Of a stretch of 64,000 bases of DNA, positions 37,247 to 46,668 are shown in pieces. Made by a program: the position numbers and the translations under genes. The stretch's first letter is position 1. Each line of letters begins with the position of its first letter. The stretch is from an uncultured Acidimicrobiia bacterium (GTDB lineage Bacteria > Actinomycetota > Acidimicrobiia > Spongiisociales > ZC4RG35), in NCBI GenBank assembly GCA_964195235.1, contig CAXMOW010000004.1, positions 12,622-76,621 on the forward strand. The letters are read 5' to 3'. Under the pieces are notes generated by a model. That model was not told the DNA's origin, searched no databases, and saw only the letters and a list, made by a program, of their open reading frames with translations.

Positions 37247-38107
37247 TTACTCGATGGTACCTATGAACTCTTCCGTGCTCACTTCGGCAGAAAGGACACG
37301 GTCCCTGGCCCCGACGGCGCCGACATCCGGGCGACTCTGGGGATCCTTGAATCGACGTTGGCTCTGCTCCGCGAACCCGGTGTTACTCACCTTGCCGCCA
37401 GTTTCGACACGGTGATCGAGTCGTACCGAAACGACATGTTTCCGGGATACAAATCTTCCGCGGGGATGGATGAGGAGCTTTTGGTCCAGTTTCCTTATGC
37501 AGAGAAGGCTCTAGAGGCAATCGGAGTGGTGGTTTGGCAGGGTATCGAGGTCGAGGCCGATGATCTGCTCGCCGCCGCCGCGATTCGCTGGGTTGAAGAT
37601 GTAGATCAGGTGGTCATCGCAACACCGGACAAGGATTTGAGCCAGGTGGTGGTCGGCGATCGCATAGTCACCTACAACCGACGGCAGGAGAAGATCGTTG
37701 ATGAAGACGGTGTCGTCGCGAAGTTCGGTATCCACCCGGAGTCGATCCCTGACTACCTCGCGCTGGTTGGAGACACGGCCGACGGGGTGCCCGGGTTACC
37801 CGGCTGGGGTGCCAAGTCGGCTTCAACGTTGTTGGCTCGCTACGGGAGACTGGAAATGATCCCGTCTTTGGTCGACGAGTGGGATGTAACGGTGAGGAGC
37901 GCGTCCAAGCTGTCGACGACCTTCAACGAGATGCAGGAGGAGGTCTACTTGTATAGGGAGTTGACGACGTTGCGTTTGGACATTTCGTTCGAAGAGGAGT
38001 TGTCGGACCTCGAGTGGCGAGGCGTCCCAAAAGATCGATTCCTCGCTTTCTGCGACGAACGCCACTTCGACGCGGGGGCGATCAGGGTGCACCGCTGGGC
38101 AGACTGA
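37235..38107 (+). CDS. 5'-3' exonuclease (FEN / Pol I N-terminal-domain-like)
   Basis: LLHLLDGTYELFRAHF (PIN-like N-terminus), ATPDKDLSQVV and an H3TH region (GDTADGVPGLPGWGAKSA). Confidence 0.8.
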   Translation: MLLHLLDGTYELFRAHFGRKDTVPGPDGADIRATLGILESTLALLREPGVTHLAASFDTVIESYRNDMFPGYKSSAGMDEELLVQFPYAEKALEAIGVVVWQGIEVEADDLLAAAAIRWVEDVDQVVIATPDKDLSQVVVGDRIVTYNRRQEKIVDEDGVVAKFGIHPESIPDYLALVGDTADGVPGLPGWGAKSASTLLARYGRLEMIPSLVDEWDVTVRSASKLSTTFNEMQEEVYLYRELTTLRLDISFEEELSDLEWRGVPKDRFLAFCDERHFDAGAIRVHRWAD

Positions 38108-38115
38108 GCGTGTGC

Positions 38116-38286
38116 TCAGTCCTCGTCGCTCACCCAGACGAGATCGAAACGGTCGAGACACTCTGCACATCGGTACGCCACTGGGGTGCCGTCCTCGAGA
38201 GGCTCGTCGTCGGGAGGTAAGAAGCTCAGCAGATGAGCCGTTCCTCCGCACTCGACACAGTTGATCGTGGGAGGCGGACTGTTCAC
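38116..38286 (-). CDS. 56-aa CxxC...CxxC zinc-ribbon protein (not in the ORF track)
   Basis: Hand translation gives VNSPPPTINCVECGGTAHLLSFLPPDDEPLEDGTPVAYRCAECLDRFDLVWVSDED. The GTG overlaps the nhaA stop (GTGA). Confidence 0.4.
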   Translation of the reverse strand: MNSPPPTINCVECGGTAHLLSFLPPDDEPLEDGTPVAYRCAECLDRFDLVWVSDED

Positions 38287-39632
38287 AGCTCGCTGGGAGG
38301 CTTGGCGAGGAGGAGGATCACGACACCGATGACACCTGCTAGAGCAGACCCGGCAAAGATCCCAACTTTGGCAAGGTCGGTGAGGTGGGGGTCGGTGAAG
38401 GCGAGTCCAGCTACGAACAGGGAGACGGTGAACCCGATCCCAGCCACCGCTGCCAATCCGATGACATGCATCCAGCCGGTGCCGGGCGGAAGTTTCCCGA
38501 TGTTCAATCTGACCGCGGCCCAGGTGAATCCAGTGATGCCAACCAGCTTTCCTAAAACAAGACCAGCTGCCACACCCATCGCGACGGTCGACCCCATGGC
38601 TTCACTAAAGCCGATCTCACGGAAGTTCAGTCCGGCATTGGCGAAGGCGAAGATTGGCACGATCAGGAAAGAGCTCCAGGCAACGAGACTCAGTTCCATT
38701 CGATTGAGTGGGGATACCGATTCCCGGGCTATCTCGGCGACCAGAAGTGCCTCATGGTCGGCATGTTCTTGGTCGTGGTAGTTGGTGACCTCGGGCGGAT
38801 ACGCGTCCAAGATCCCTCGCGTTTTCTCATCGAGCTCCTCAGCGGAATAGTGGGGTCGTGCAGGAGTCAAGAAAGCGAGGGCCACGCCGGCCAGGGTGGC
38901 GTGGATCCCTGATTCGAGAGTGAGATACCAAATCACCAGGGCGATAGGCACGTAGAAGGTAAGTGATCTGACGCCGACCTTGTTTGCAATCCAAACTGTC
39001 AGCAGTCCGATAAGGGCAGCGGCGAAGTAACCGGCATTGAGTTCATCGGTGTAGAAAATGGCTATTACCGCGATCGCACCGATGTCATCGGCAATTGCGA
39101 CAGCAAGCAGAAAGAGCTTGGCACCCGAAGGAACTCTGGAACCGAGGAGGGCCACGATTCCGAGCGCAAATGCGATATCCGTCGCCATCGGGATTCCCCA
39201 CCCCCTGATTGCCTCGCCGCTCGCTCCGACATTGAGGAAGATGTAGATCAAGGCGGGGAAGACCATCCCGCCCAAGGCAGCCATCACCGGGAGGGCCGCG
39301 GCGCGTGGGTCCCGAAGGTCGCCCAGAACGAGCTCACGCTTGATCTCGAGGCCGACCACGAAGAAGAAGATCGCCATTAAGCCGTCATTGATTATTTCCA
39401 GCAACGACTCGTCAAGATGAAACCCAGCAATCTCGACACTGACGCGCTCCTCGAGAATGGCGAAATAGGTGTCGGAGAAAGCGCTGTTGGCCCAGAGGAT
39501 TGCCGCGACAGCCGCTAAGAGCAGCACTATCCCCGACGCCGCCTCCACGCGGCTGAAGCGGACGAACGGTCTGACAAACGTCTTGGGCACAAACCGATCA
39601 GATGAGATCCAGGTCTGGTGTCTCGGATCCAT
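38283..39632 (-). CDS. nhaA: Na+/H+ antiporter NhaA
   Basis: IFFFVVGLEIKRE and AIADDIGAIAVIAIFY are NhaA hallmarks. 449 aa. Confidence 0.9.
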   Translation of the reverse strand: MDPRHQTWISSDRFVPKTFVRPFVRFSRVEAASGIVLLLAAVAAILWANSAFSDTYFAILEERVSVEIAGFHLDESLLEIINDGLMAIFFFVVGLEIKRELVLGDLRDPRAAALPVMAALGGMVFPALIYIFLNVGASGEAIRGWGIPMATDIAFALGIVALLGSRVPSGAKLFLLAVAIADDIGAIAVIAIFYTDELNAGYFAAALIGLLTVWIANKVGVRSLTFYVPIALVIWYLTLESGIHATLAGVALAFLTPARPHYSAEELDEKTRGILDAYPPEVTNYHDQEHADHEALLVAEIARESVSPLNRMELSLVAWSSFLIVPIFAFANAGLNFREIGFSEAMGSTVAMGVAAGLVLGKLVGITGFTWAAVRLNIGKLPPGTGWMHVIGLAAVAGIGFTVSLFVAGLAFTDPHLTDLAKVGIFAGSALAGVIGVVILLLAKPPSEL

Positions 39633-39706
39633 CTACTTAGCCGACACTCTTTCCCGCGGACATCAACAACTCGGCCGCCTGCACCACCCTCGAAGCCATT
39701 CCGGTC

Positions 39707-40663
39707 TCAGCACTTCTCATGTACGCGGGGGTCGTAGGCCTTCTTGTCGCCCACTTCCCCGTCGATCTTGAGGACACCGTCGTAGTTGCTCATCATGTGG
39801 TCGACGATCGGGCGTGTGTAGGCGTACTGGGTGTCGGTGTCGACGTTCATCTTGATTACGCCGTAGCCAATGGCCTCATGAACTTCGTCGAGGTTCGATC
39901 CGCTGCCACCGTGGAACACGAGGAAATGCCGGGCATCGTCACCGAAGCGCTCGGCAACTGCGGCTTGTCCGTCCCGGAGAATCTTTGGGTCGAGCTCAAC
40001 CGCTCCAGGTTTGTAGACACCATGGACGTTGCCGAAAACGGCGGCAAGGAGATAGCGACCCCGGTTGAAGGTACCCAGAACCTCGGATACTCGCACCATG
40101 TCTTCGGGTGACGTGTACAGCTTCGACCGATCAACGTCTTCGTGATCAGTTGCGTCCTCGGTACCGCCGACGATCCCGATCTCCAACTCGAGGACGATGT
40201 CCAACTCGGCACATAGATCGAGTAGCTCGTCGGCAATAGCCAGGTTTTCTTCCATCGGAATCGACGAAGCGTCCAGCATGTGGCTCTGGAATATCGGATC
40301 TTGTCCGGCGGCACGCCGTTCGGCGCTCAAGGCGAGAAGAGGGCGGATAAACCCGTCAACTCGGTCTGCCGGGCAGTGGTCGGTGTGAAGGGCGATGTTG
40401 GCGGGATACTGGGGTGCCACTACCGCAGCGAACTCGGCTAAAGCATGGGCACCGAGGGCCATGTCCTTGTTCGATTGGCCTGAGGCGAATTCGCCGCCGC
40501 CATACGACACTTGGACAATCCCATCGGACTCGGCCTCGCTGAAACCCTCGAGCGCGGCGAGCATCGTCGTTGACGAAGTGACGTTGATTGCCGGCAGGGC
40601 GTAACCCTTGCTCCGTGCGGAGTCGAGCATCGCTTTGTATTTGTCAGGTGTGGCGATTGGCAC
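39707..40663 (-). CDS. fba: class II fructose-bisphosphate aldolase
   Basis: Probable GTG at 40663 (VPIATPDKYKAMLD...). ALPAINVTSS, LHTDHC, FGNVHGVYKPG and VFHGGSGS are present. Confidence 0.9.
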   Translation of the reverse strand: MPIATPDKYKAMLDSARSKGYALPAINVTSSTTMLAALEGFSEAESDGIVQVSYGGGEFASGQSNKDMALGAHALAEFAAVVAPQYPANIALHTDHCPADRVDGFIRPLLALSAERRAAGQDPIFQSHMLDASSIPMEENLAIADELLDLCAELDIVLELEIGIVGGTEDATDHEDVDRSKLYTSPEDMVRVSEVLGTFNRGRYLLAAVFGNVHGVYKPGAVELDPKILRDGQAAVAERFGDDARHFLVFHGGSGSNLDEVHEAIGYGVIKMNVDTDTQYAYTRPIVDHMMSNYDGVLKIDGEVGDKKAYDPRVHEKC

Positions 40664-40780
40664 CCGTGGTCTCCAAAATCTGTGAGTTTGAGGCAAGGTA
40701 GTCGGTCGACCTGTAAGCACCTAAGTGTCTGCAGGCTTTGTCGACTGGGTGTCGCCAACGCCCGCCGATAGCTTGAACGT

Positions 40781-41212
40781 GTGGCACAGCCTGTAGACGC
40801 GTCCGCGCCCGGGGTGAGAACCGCCAAGCAGCGGAACCCGATTTTGCGTGGTCTCTTCTTCGTGCTCGGCTTTATTTGCCTTGGCTTGATTCCGTTCAGT
40901 TATCTGCCCGGAATCCCCACATTCGATCTTGTTCTTCTGGCAGCTTTCTTCTTCTCGATGTCATCTGACCGGATGCATGATTGGATGCTCAATCATCGTT
41001 ACTTCGGCAAGATCATCAGGGGATACCGCGAGTATGGGCTCACCATGCGGATGAAGTGGATTGCTGTGGTGGCCATCGCCCTGTCGCTAAGCGTTTCGGG
41101 ATTCTTTCTCACCGACCTAGTGGTGATCCGTCTGATCCTCATTGCAGTTGGTATCTATGCCGTCTGGTTTGTGTTTAGCCGCCCGACCAGACCGGCCGAG
41201 GCCACACTCTGA
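40781..41212 (+). CDS. DUF454 (YbaN) family inner-membrane protein
   Basis: LGFICLGLIPFSYLPGIPTFDLVLLAAFFF...SDRMHDWMLNHRYFGKII matches my recollection of YbaN-like proteins. Confidence 0.65.
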   Translation: MAQPVDASAPGVRTAKQRNPILRGLFFVLGFICLGLIPFSYLPGIPTFDLVLLAAFFFSMSSDRMHDWMLNHRYFGKIIRGYREYGLTMRMKWIAVVAIALSLSVSGFFLTDLVVIRLILIAVGIYAVWFVFSRPTRPAEATL

Positions 41213-41252
41213 ACTCAGACCAGGCCAGTGGTCACTAGCTAACTTGGCGGCG

Positions 41253-42428
41253 ATGCGGTCTTACTCTCGGCCGGTCATTGGCGCGGTCACCGCGGCCACA
41301 ATGGCCATTGCCACCTTTCCAATCATCGTGGTGAGTGTTCTGGCTGCCCAACTGATACTCGAGTTCGACATCACTAGAGCCCAGCTCGGTTTGCTAGTCA
41401 CTGCCACCTCGTTGGTCGGTGCGCTGACGTCACCGTTGCTCGGAAGGGTCACCGACCGTATCGGCGCCGTTGCAGCCACGAGGAATGTACTGATCATCGG
41501 AATGGTGACGCTCACTGCTCTTGCTTTGGCCCCCACTTACGCGGTGCTGTTCTTGGCGGCCCTTGCGACCGGGATTCCGAACGGTTGGAGTAATCCAGCG
41601 ACCAACACCCTGATAGCTGACAACGTCCGGGCTGGCGCTCGCGGCATCGTTACGGGAGTGAAGCAATCAGGTGTCCAGATCGGAACCTTCCTCGGGGGTC
41701 TCCTGGTTCCTGTGTTTGCAGCTCTCTGGAACTGGCGGATTGCCGTACTCGGCTTCCTGGTCATTCCACTGCTCGGTTTGGCGGGCATGAAGGGTCGACA
41801 CAGTGAATCGAAGGAACGAGCGACGGACGAAGACGTCTACGCATCCATCCCCAACGCTGTGCGGTGGATAGCGATCTACGGTTTTCTATCGGGTCTGGCA
41901 ACTTCAGCCATCTTCGCTTTTCTTCCTCTGTTTGCGGAGGAGGACCAGCTCTGGTCTCCTCAAGCCGCCGGCTCGTTGGTTGCGGTTGTCGGGCTGATAG
42001 GGATAGCCGCTCGAATTCTGTGGCCCCGGTTCTCAGAGAGATCCCTCGGGCATGGTCGAACTCTTCGCATAGTTGCGGCTCTCTCCGCGGTGACCGCTCT
42101 GCTGCTCGCAAGGGCAGCTGTCGGTGCTCTCGACTCGTGGGTGCTCGTTCCGGCGGCCGTTCTCTTCGGGGCGGGTGCGATTGCCTGGAACGCGGTCGGA
42201 ATGCTGGCTGTAATGGATCTATCTCCAGCGGGAATGGTTGGCAAAGGCACCGGGACCGTGTTGTTCGGCTTCCTACTGGGTCTTGCCGGAGGTGCTCCTC
42301 TCATGGGGCTCTCAATCGACTCCTTCGGCTCGTATCAGGTGGGTTGGCTTGGTGCGGCAGTCGTCTTGATGACTTGTGTGGTGATCGCTGGCAAAATCCC
42401 AGCCGGAAGTACGGTCCAACAACCGTGA
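41253..42428 (+). CDS. MFS transporter
   Basis: ATG at 41253. 12 predicted helices and GRVTDRIG (MFS loop 2-3 motif). Confidence 0.75.
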   Translation: MRSYSRPVIGAVTAATMAIATFPIIVVSVLAAQLILEFDITRAQLGLLVTATSLVGALTSPLLGRVTDRIGAVAATRNVLIIGMVTLTALALAPTYAVLFLAALATGIPNGWSNPATNTLIADNVRAGARGIVTGVKQSGVQIGTFLGGLLVPVFAALWNWRIAVLGFLVIPLLGLAGMKGRHSESKERATDEDVYASIPNAVRWIAIYGFLSGLATSAIFAFLPLFAEEDQLWSPQAAGSLVAVVGLIGIAARILWPRFSERSLGHGRTLRIVAALSAVTALLLARAAVGALDSWVLVPAAVLFGAGAIAWNAVGMLAVMDLSPAGMVGKGTGTVLFGFLLGLAGGAPLMGLSIDSFGSYQVGWLGAAVVLMTCVVIAGKIPAGSTVQQP

Positions 42429-43093
42429 GACTGGTCATCGCCCGCTGCAGTGTCGATTATTCCGGTCGACTCGACGCACATCTCCCGGAAGCCACCCGTT
42501 TGATAATGGTCAAGGCAGATGGCACTCTCGCAATCCACTCCGACGGGAACGCTTCCAAGCCCCTGAACTGGATGGTTGCCCCAAACGTCTTGGAATTCCA
42601 TGAAGATCGCTGGGTAGTGACCAACAACAAGGGGGAGCAGCTCACGATCTGGATCACCGAGATTTTGGAGGACGTTACCCATGATCTGGGTGAGGATCCC
42701 GGGTTGGAGAAAGACGGCGTCGAAGCCCACCTCCAGGAATTGTTGGCCGCGAACCCGTGGGTGTTGGAAGAGGGTCTCCAGTTGATCCGCCGTGAGTATC
42801 CAACCGACATTGGGCCCGTCGACCTCTTGTGCGCCGACGCCGAGCAGCGGACTGTTGCGGTCGAGATCAAGCGAAAAGGCGACATCGACGGAGTAGAGCA
42901 ATTGGCGCGCTATCTGGAGCGCCTCAACAACGACCCCCGTCTGGCCCCGGTACGCGGAATGTTTGTTGCTCAGTCAATTGCACCTCAGGCCAATGTTCTG
43001 GCAGAGGCCCGCGGAATCGAGTCGATCGAGATCGACTACGACGGTCTTCGTGAAGCCGAGGACACTGAGTTGCGTCTCTTCGACATCCGCTAA
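42425..43093 (+). CDS. nucS: endonuclease NucS (mismatch-specific EndoMS)
   Basis: GTG at 42425 (GTGA overlap). [16 protein letters not shown]..., [23 protein letters not shown]. 222 aa. Confidence 0.9.
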   Translation: MRLVIARCSVDYSGRLDAHLPEATRLIMVKADGTLAIHSDGNASKPLNWMVAPNVLEFHEDRWVVTNNKGEQLTIWITEILEDVTHDLGEDPGLEKDGVEAHLQELLAANPWVLEEGLQLIRREYPTDIGPVDLLCADAEQRTVAVEIKRKGDIDGVEQLARYLERLNNDPRLAPVRGMFVAQSIAPQANVLAEARGIESIEIDYDGLREAEDTELRLFDIR

Positions 43094-43095
43094 CC

Positions 43096-43560
43096 ATGTT
43101 CAACCTGGTCTTTTACAACCCGGAGATCCCACCCAACACCGGCAATGCGATGCGTCTCTGCGCCGTCACCGGTTGTCGGCTCCACCTGATTGAGCCGTTG
43201 GGGTTCGACCTCGACGACTCCAAGTTGCGTCGGGCGGGAATGGATTATCGAGACAGGGCCGCTTTCGAGGTTCACCCCAACCTGGAGGCGTGGCGGGCCG
43301 CAGAGAAGCCAGGTCGGGTGTTCGCTTTCACCGTCGACGGTGAGGGTGTCTATACAGAAACCGCCTATCAACCTGGCGACGTTTTCTTGTTTGGTCCCGA
43401 ATCGGTGGGTTTGCCGGACAGCGTGCAGACCCTTCCGTGGATCGATGCCCGTCTCCGGTTACCGATGGTGCCGGATGTTCGTTCGATCAATCTCTCCAAC
43501 TCGGCGGCCATCGTTGTCTATGAAGCTTGGCGGCAGAACGGTTTCGACGGCAGCCGATAG
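43096..43560 (+). CDS. trmL: tRNA (cytidine/uridine-2'-O-)-methyltransferase TrmL (SpoU/TrmH class)
   Basis: LVFYNPEIPPNTGNAMRLC, FLFGPESVGLP and SINLSNSAAIVVYEAWRQ. Confidence 0.85.
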   Translation: MFNLVFYNPEIPPNTGNAMRLCAVTGCRLHLIEPLGFDLDDSKLRRAGMDYRDRAAFEVHPNLEAWRAAEKPGRVFAFTVDGEGVYTETAYQPGDVFLFGPESVGLPDSVQTLPWIDARLRLPMVPDVRSINLSNSAAIVVYEAWRQNGFDGSR

Positions 43561-43617
43561 CGGTGCTGTCTACGCGAATTCGGTAGGTTCGGTGTGACCG
43601 ATACGAAAGGATGTCTA

Positions 43618-45186
43618 ATGGCGATTTTCTCCAGTCCGTTACCCGATGTGGAGATCCCCACGTCGGCGATAACTCCCATGGTCTTTCGGCACACTGCGGA
43701 GCTGGGGGACAAGCCGGCCATCATCGACGGGACCTCAGGTCGCAGTTACACCTACGCAGAGCTTGCTGGAGCCACCAGCAAGGTCGCCGGTGGTTTGGCG
43801 GCTCGGGGCTTCGGATCAGGCGACGTACTTGCCATCCTTGCCCCCAACCTGCCCGAATACGCCATCGCCTTCCATGCAGCTGCAACAGTCGGCGGAGCGG
43901 TAACGACGATCAATCCGACCTATACGACCGAAGAGGTTCGCTTTCAGCTCGAAGACTCGGGCGCCAAGTTGTTGCTGACGATTCCGATGTTTCTCGACAC
44001 GGCTCGCGAAGCGGCAGCGGGAACGGACGTCGAAGAATTGTTCGTTTTGGGTGATGCAGACGGGGCGACATCCTTCTCCGAGCTATTGGCAGCCGAGCCT
44101 TTCACCGGGAATCCAGACATCAACCCTGATGAGGATGTTGTGGTTCTCCCCTACTCCTCCGGTACAACAGGGTTCCCCAAGGGTGTGATGCTCACGCACG
44201 CGAACCTGGCGGCAAACCTTGCACAATGTGCGCATTTCACTGCCCTCGATGAGGACGAGGTGATCGTGGCGGTTCTTCCTTTTTTTCACATCTACGGGAT
44301 GCAGATCCTCATGAACGGAGTGCTCTACAACGGAGCAACGACGGTGACGATGCCGAGGTTCGATCTGGCCGAGTTCCTGAAGATCGTCGAGGACTACAAG
44401 GTAACTCGTCTGTACGTCGTGCCGCCCATCATCCTGGCCTTGGCCAAGCATCCCATGATTGATCAATATGACCTGTCGAGCGTGAGGCAGATCTTCTCCG
44501 GTGCGGCCCCTCTTGGTGCCGAGGTCGAGGCGGAGGCCGCTGAGCGGGTTGGTGCCGAGGTGGTCCAAGGCTATGGACTCACCGAGACCAGTCCGGTGAC
44601 TCACGCCACACAACCCGGCAAGGCTCGTTCGGGATCCATTGGGTTTGTCATCTCAAACACAGAAGTGCGGGTTGTCGATCCAGAAAGTGGTGCCGACCTC
44701 GATGTTGGAGATGAGGGTGAGATCTGGATCAAGGGCCCACAGGTGATGCAGGGCTACCTGAACAACCCAGAAGCGACACGCTCCACCATCGATGCCGACG
44801 GGTGGCTTCACACTGGCGACCTCGGACGGGTAGACGAAGACGGCTATTGGTACATCACCGATCGGCTCAAGGAGCTGATCAAATACAAATGATTCCAGAT
44901 CGCACCAGCCGAGTGGGAGGCTTTACTCCTGACTCATCAATCGGTTGCAGATTCGGCCGTGATCCCCGTGCAGGACGTGGAGGCTGGGGAGATTCCCAAG
45001 GCTTACGTGGTGCTCAAGCCCGGACAGGAAACCAGCGCGGAAGAGCTCATGGGATACGTCTCGGGACAGGTGGCAACCTACAAACAGATCCGAGAGCTGG
45101 AATTCATCGACGAGATTCCGAGGTCTCTGTCCGGAAAGATCTTGCGAAGGGTGCTGCGTGACCGCGAGGGGGCAGCGGGCTCCTAG
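43618..45186 (+). CDS. AMP-dependent acyl-CoA ligase (4-coumarate-CoA ligase-like) interrupted by an in-frame TGA at 44890-44892 (pseudogene or recoding)
   Basis: Track ORFs 43594-44892 and 44959-45186 are in the same frame. YSSGTTGFPKGV, GYGLTE and [26 protein letters not shown] are followed by TGA and then [13 protein letters not shown]...GKILRR. The TGA sits where the family has Gly (KYKGFQ). Confidence 0.7.
44911..44935 (+). promoter_or_regulatory. hairpin 19 nt downstream of the acyl-CoA ligase in-frame TGA
   Basis: GAGTGGGAG-GCUUUA-CUCC(U)G-ACUC: 9 pairs including one G.U and one bulge. Its significance is not testable by eye. Confidence 0.2.
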
Positions 45187-45213
45187 TCCGCGATCCATGA
45201 CAGGCTCCGAGGG

Positions 45214-45813
45214 ATGAGGGTTCTTGTCTTGACTGTGGTGCTTGTGCTCTTAGTGGTGGCCTGAGCTGATGATGGGTCCTCCGAGCCCACTTCAGAACCA
45301 GGTGAGTTGACCACCGACGCGGTTGACACAATCGAAGCACCGGACACCACCGTTGCCTTGATGGGGCTAGAGGATCTGGGGCCGGCGAAAGGGTTGGCAA
45401 ATCTCGATGGTTTGCTTCAGACCGATATCACCTCCCTCGAAGAGCTCAGGGGCAAGGTTGTCGTGGTCCAGTTTTGGACGTTCGGTTGCATCAACTGCAA
45501 GAACACCCTTGCCAACCTCAGGGATCTTTACGACGAGCACGCTGGAAAGGAATTTGAGGTCGTTGGAGTTCATTCGCCTGAGTTCTCATACGAGGAGGAC
45601 CCGGCAGCAATTGGCGAGGCTGCGGTCGATCTGGGTGTCACTTGGCCAATCGCCCTGGATACGCGCAAGTTCAACTTTTTTCGCTGGCAAGGCGGACGCG
45701 CCTATTGGCCGCGCACATACGTGCTCGATCAGCAGGGTCACATCCGGTTCGATCACATCGGCGAGGGTGCCTATGACGAGCTGAACGAGACGGTCGCCGC
45801 TCTTCTCGGATGA
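45214..45813 (+). CDS. DipZ C-terminal/TlpA-like extracytoplasmic thioredoxin with signal peptide; in-frame TGA at 45262-45264 at the lipobox Cys position
   Basis: The ATG at 45214 gives MRVLVLTVVLVLLVVA-TGA-ADDGSSEPTSEPGE, in frame with track ORF 45307-45813. The Trx motif FWTFGCINC resembles the C-terminal domain of M. tuberculosis DipZ (FWTYSCINC, from memory). Confidence 0.6.
45266..45295 (+). promoter_or_regulatory. hairpin immediately downstream of the lipobox TGA
   Basis: CTGA-tga-TGGG-(tcctccgag)-CCCA-ct-TCAG: two 4-bp stems with an internal loop. Confidence 0.25.
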
Positions 45814-46370
45814 TCGCCCCTCTCTTCGAGGGCATCGCCCAGTCACTTCTTCCATGCTCATGGATCGTTGTCCTGCCAGCAGTTGCGATTGGCAGCACCA
45901 GGCGGATTCGGGTCATGGGTGTGTTCACCATTGCTGTGATGCTGGCGTCATGGATTGCGGTGTCGGGATGGTTCGCACCACCGGTTTGGGTGGCGGGCGT
46001 GGCGCTTCTGGCCGGGGCAGTGGTCTGGTGGCGATCGGGTCCCGCCGTGGTCCAAGCGGGCGCGGTTGGCGTTGGAGCAGCTTGGGCGTGGCAGCCGTGT
46101 GTCGGTGAGGAGCTCGGTCAGGTTCTCAACACTGCACAACACGATCCCTTTTCCGCCCTTCCCGGCCTGGCGGCATTCATTTTGGGTCTGATTTTGGTGG
46201 GCCTCGGTCTCGGTGCTGTTCTCGGCTTGATTATCCGTCGCTTCACAGACGGGAACTTGGACTGCCCGAGCGCGGTGATGGTTGGCTTGCTTGGGATGAT
46301 GATGGTTGTTGGCATTTATCCGTTGATTGCCTCGATCTTCGCCCGCTGGAGCACTGCTCTCTGGAGTTGA
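45810..46370 (+). CDS. CcdA/DsbD-like thiol-disulfide electron-transfer membrane protein (short form)
   Basis: ATGA overlap with the Trx gene. About 5-6 TM helices with two intramembrane PC motifs (SLLPCSW and WQPCVG). Confidence 0.5.
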   Translation: MIAPLFEGIAQSLLPCSWIVVLPAVAIGSTRRIRVMGVFTIAVMLASWIAVSGWFAPPVWVAGVALLAGAVVWWRSGPAVVQAGAVGVGAAWAWQPCVGEELGQVLNTAQHDPFSALPGLAAFILGLILVGLGLGAVLGLIIRRFTDGNLDCPSAVMVGLLGMMMVVGIYPLIASIFARWSTALWS

Positions 46371-46387
46371 GGATTCGAAAGTCGTTG

Positions 46388-46663
46388 TTAACTACGACCT
46401 CGTATCGCATCTGCCGAAACTCTGAGATCCCGCCAATCGGCTACCGCAAGGCGAGCTGCCCGAATCAACCCATCAAGCGTTCCCCCACACACCACGAGCA
46501 TGTCATCGATGACTTCCTCGGAAGGGGAGATCTCTTCATAGACGTCATGCCATGCGAGTTCGGTGAGTTCAATAAGATCGAGGGCTGGCTTCGTTTTCTC
46601 ACCGAAGACCGCGTGAACCCTTGCTTCCCGATGTTCTCTTCGATTGGCACGTCCTACCGGCAC
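46388..46663 (-). CDS. hypothetical protein
   Basis: 91-aa ORF downstream of the M20 peptidase. I recognise no family. Confidence 0.35.
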   Translation of the reverse strand: MPVGRANRREHREARVHAVFGEKTKPALDLIELTELAWHDVYEEISPSEEVIDDMLVVCGGTLDGLIRAARLAVADWRDLRVSADAIRGRS

Positions 46664-46668
46664 GGCTG

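Noticed and set aside
41864-42424. Upstream 187 codons of the long ORF 41864-43093 as part of NucS
   Set aside because: This stretch overlaps the MFS transporter in another frame and is Arg/Ser/Gly-rich. NucS homology begins at VRLVIARC (GTG 42425).
45197-45217. Tiny uORF ATGACAGGCTCCGAGGGATGA (MTGSEG) overlapping the Trx signal-peptide ATG
   Set aside because: Six codons with no supporting features. It is indistinguishable from chance.
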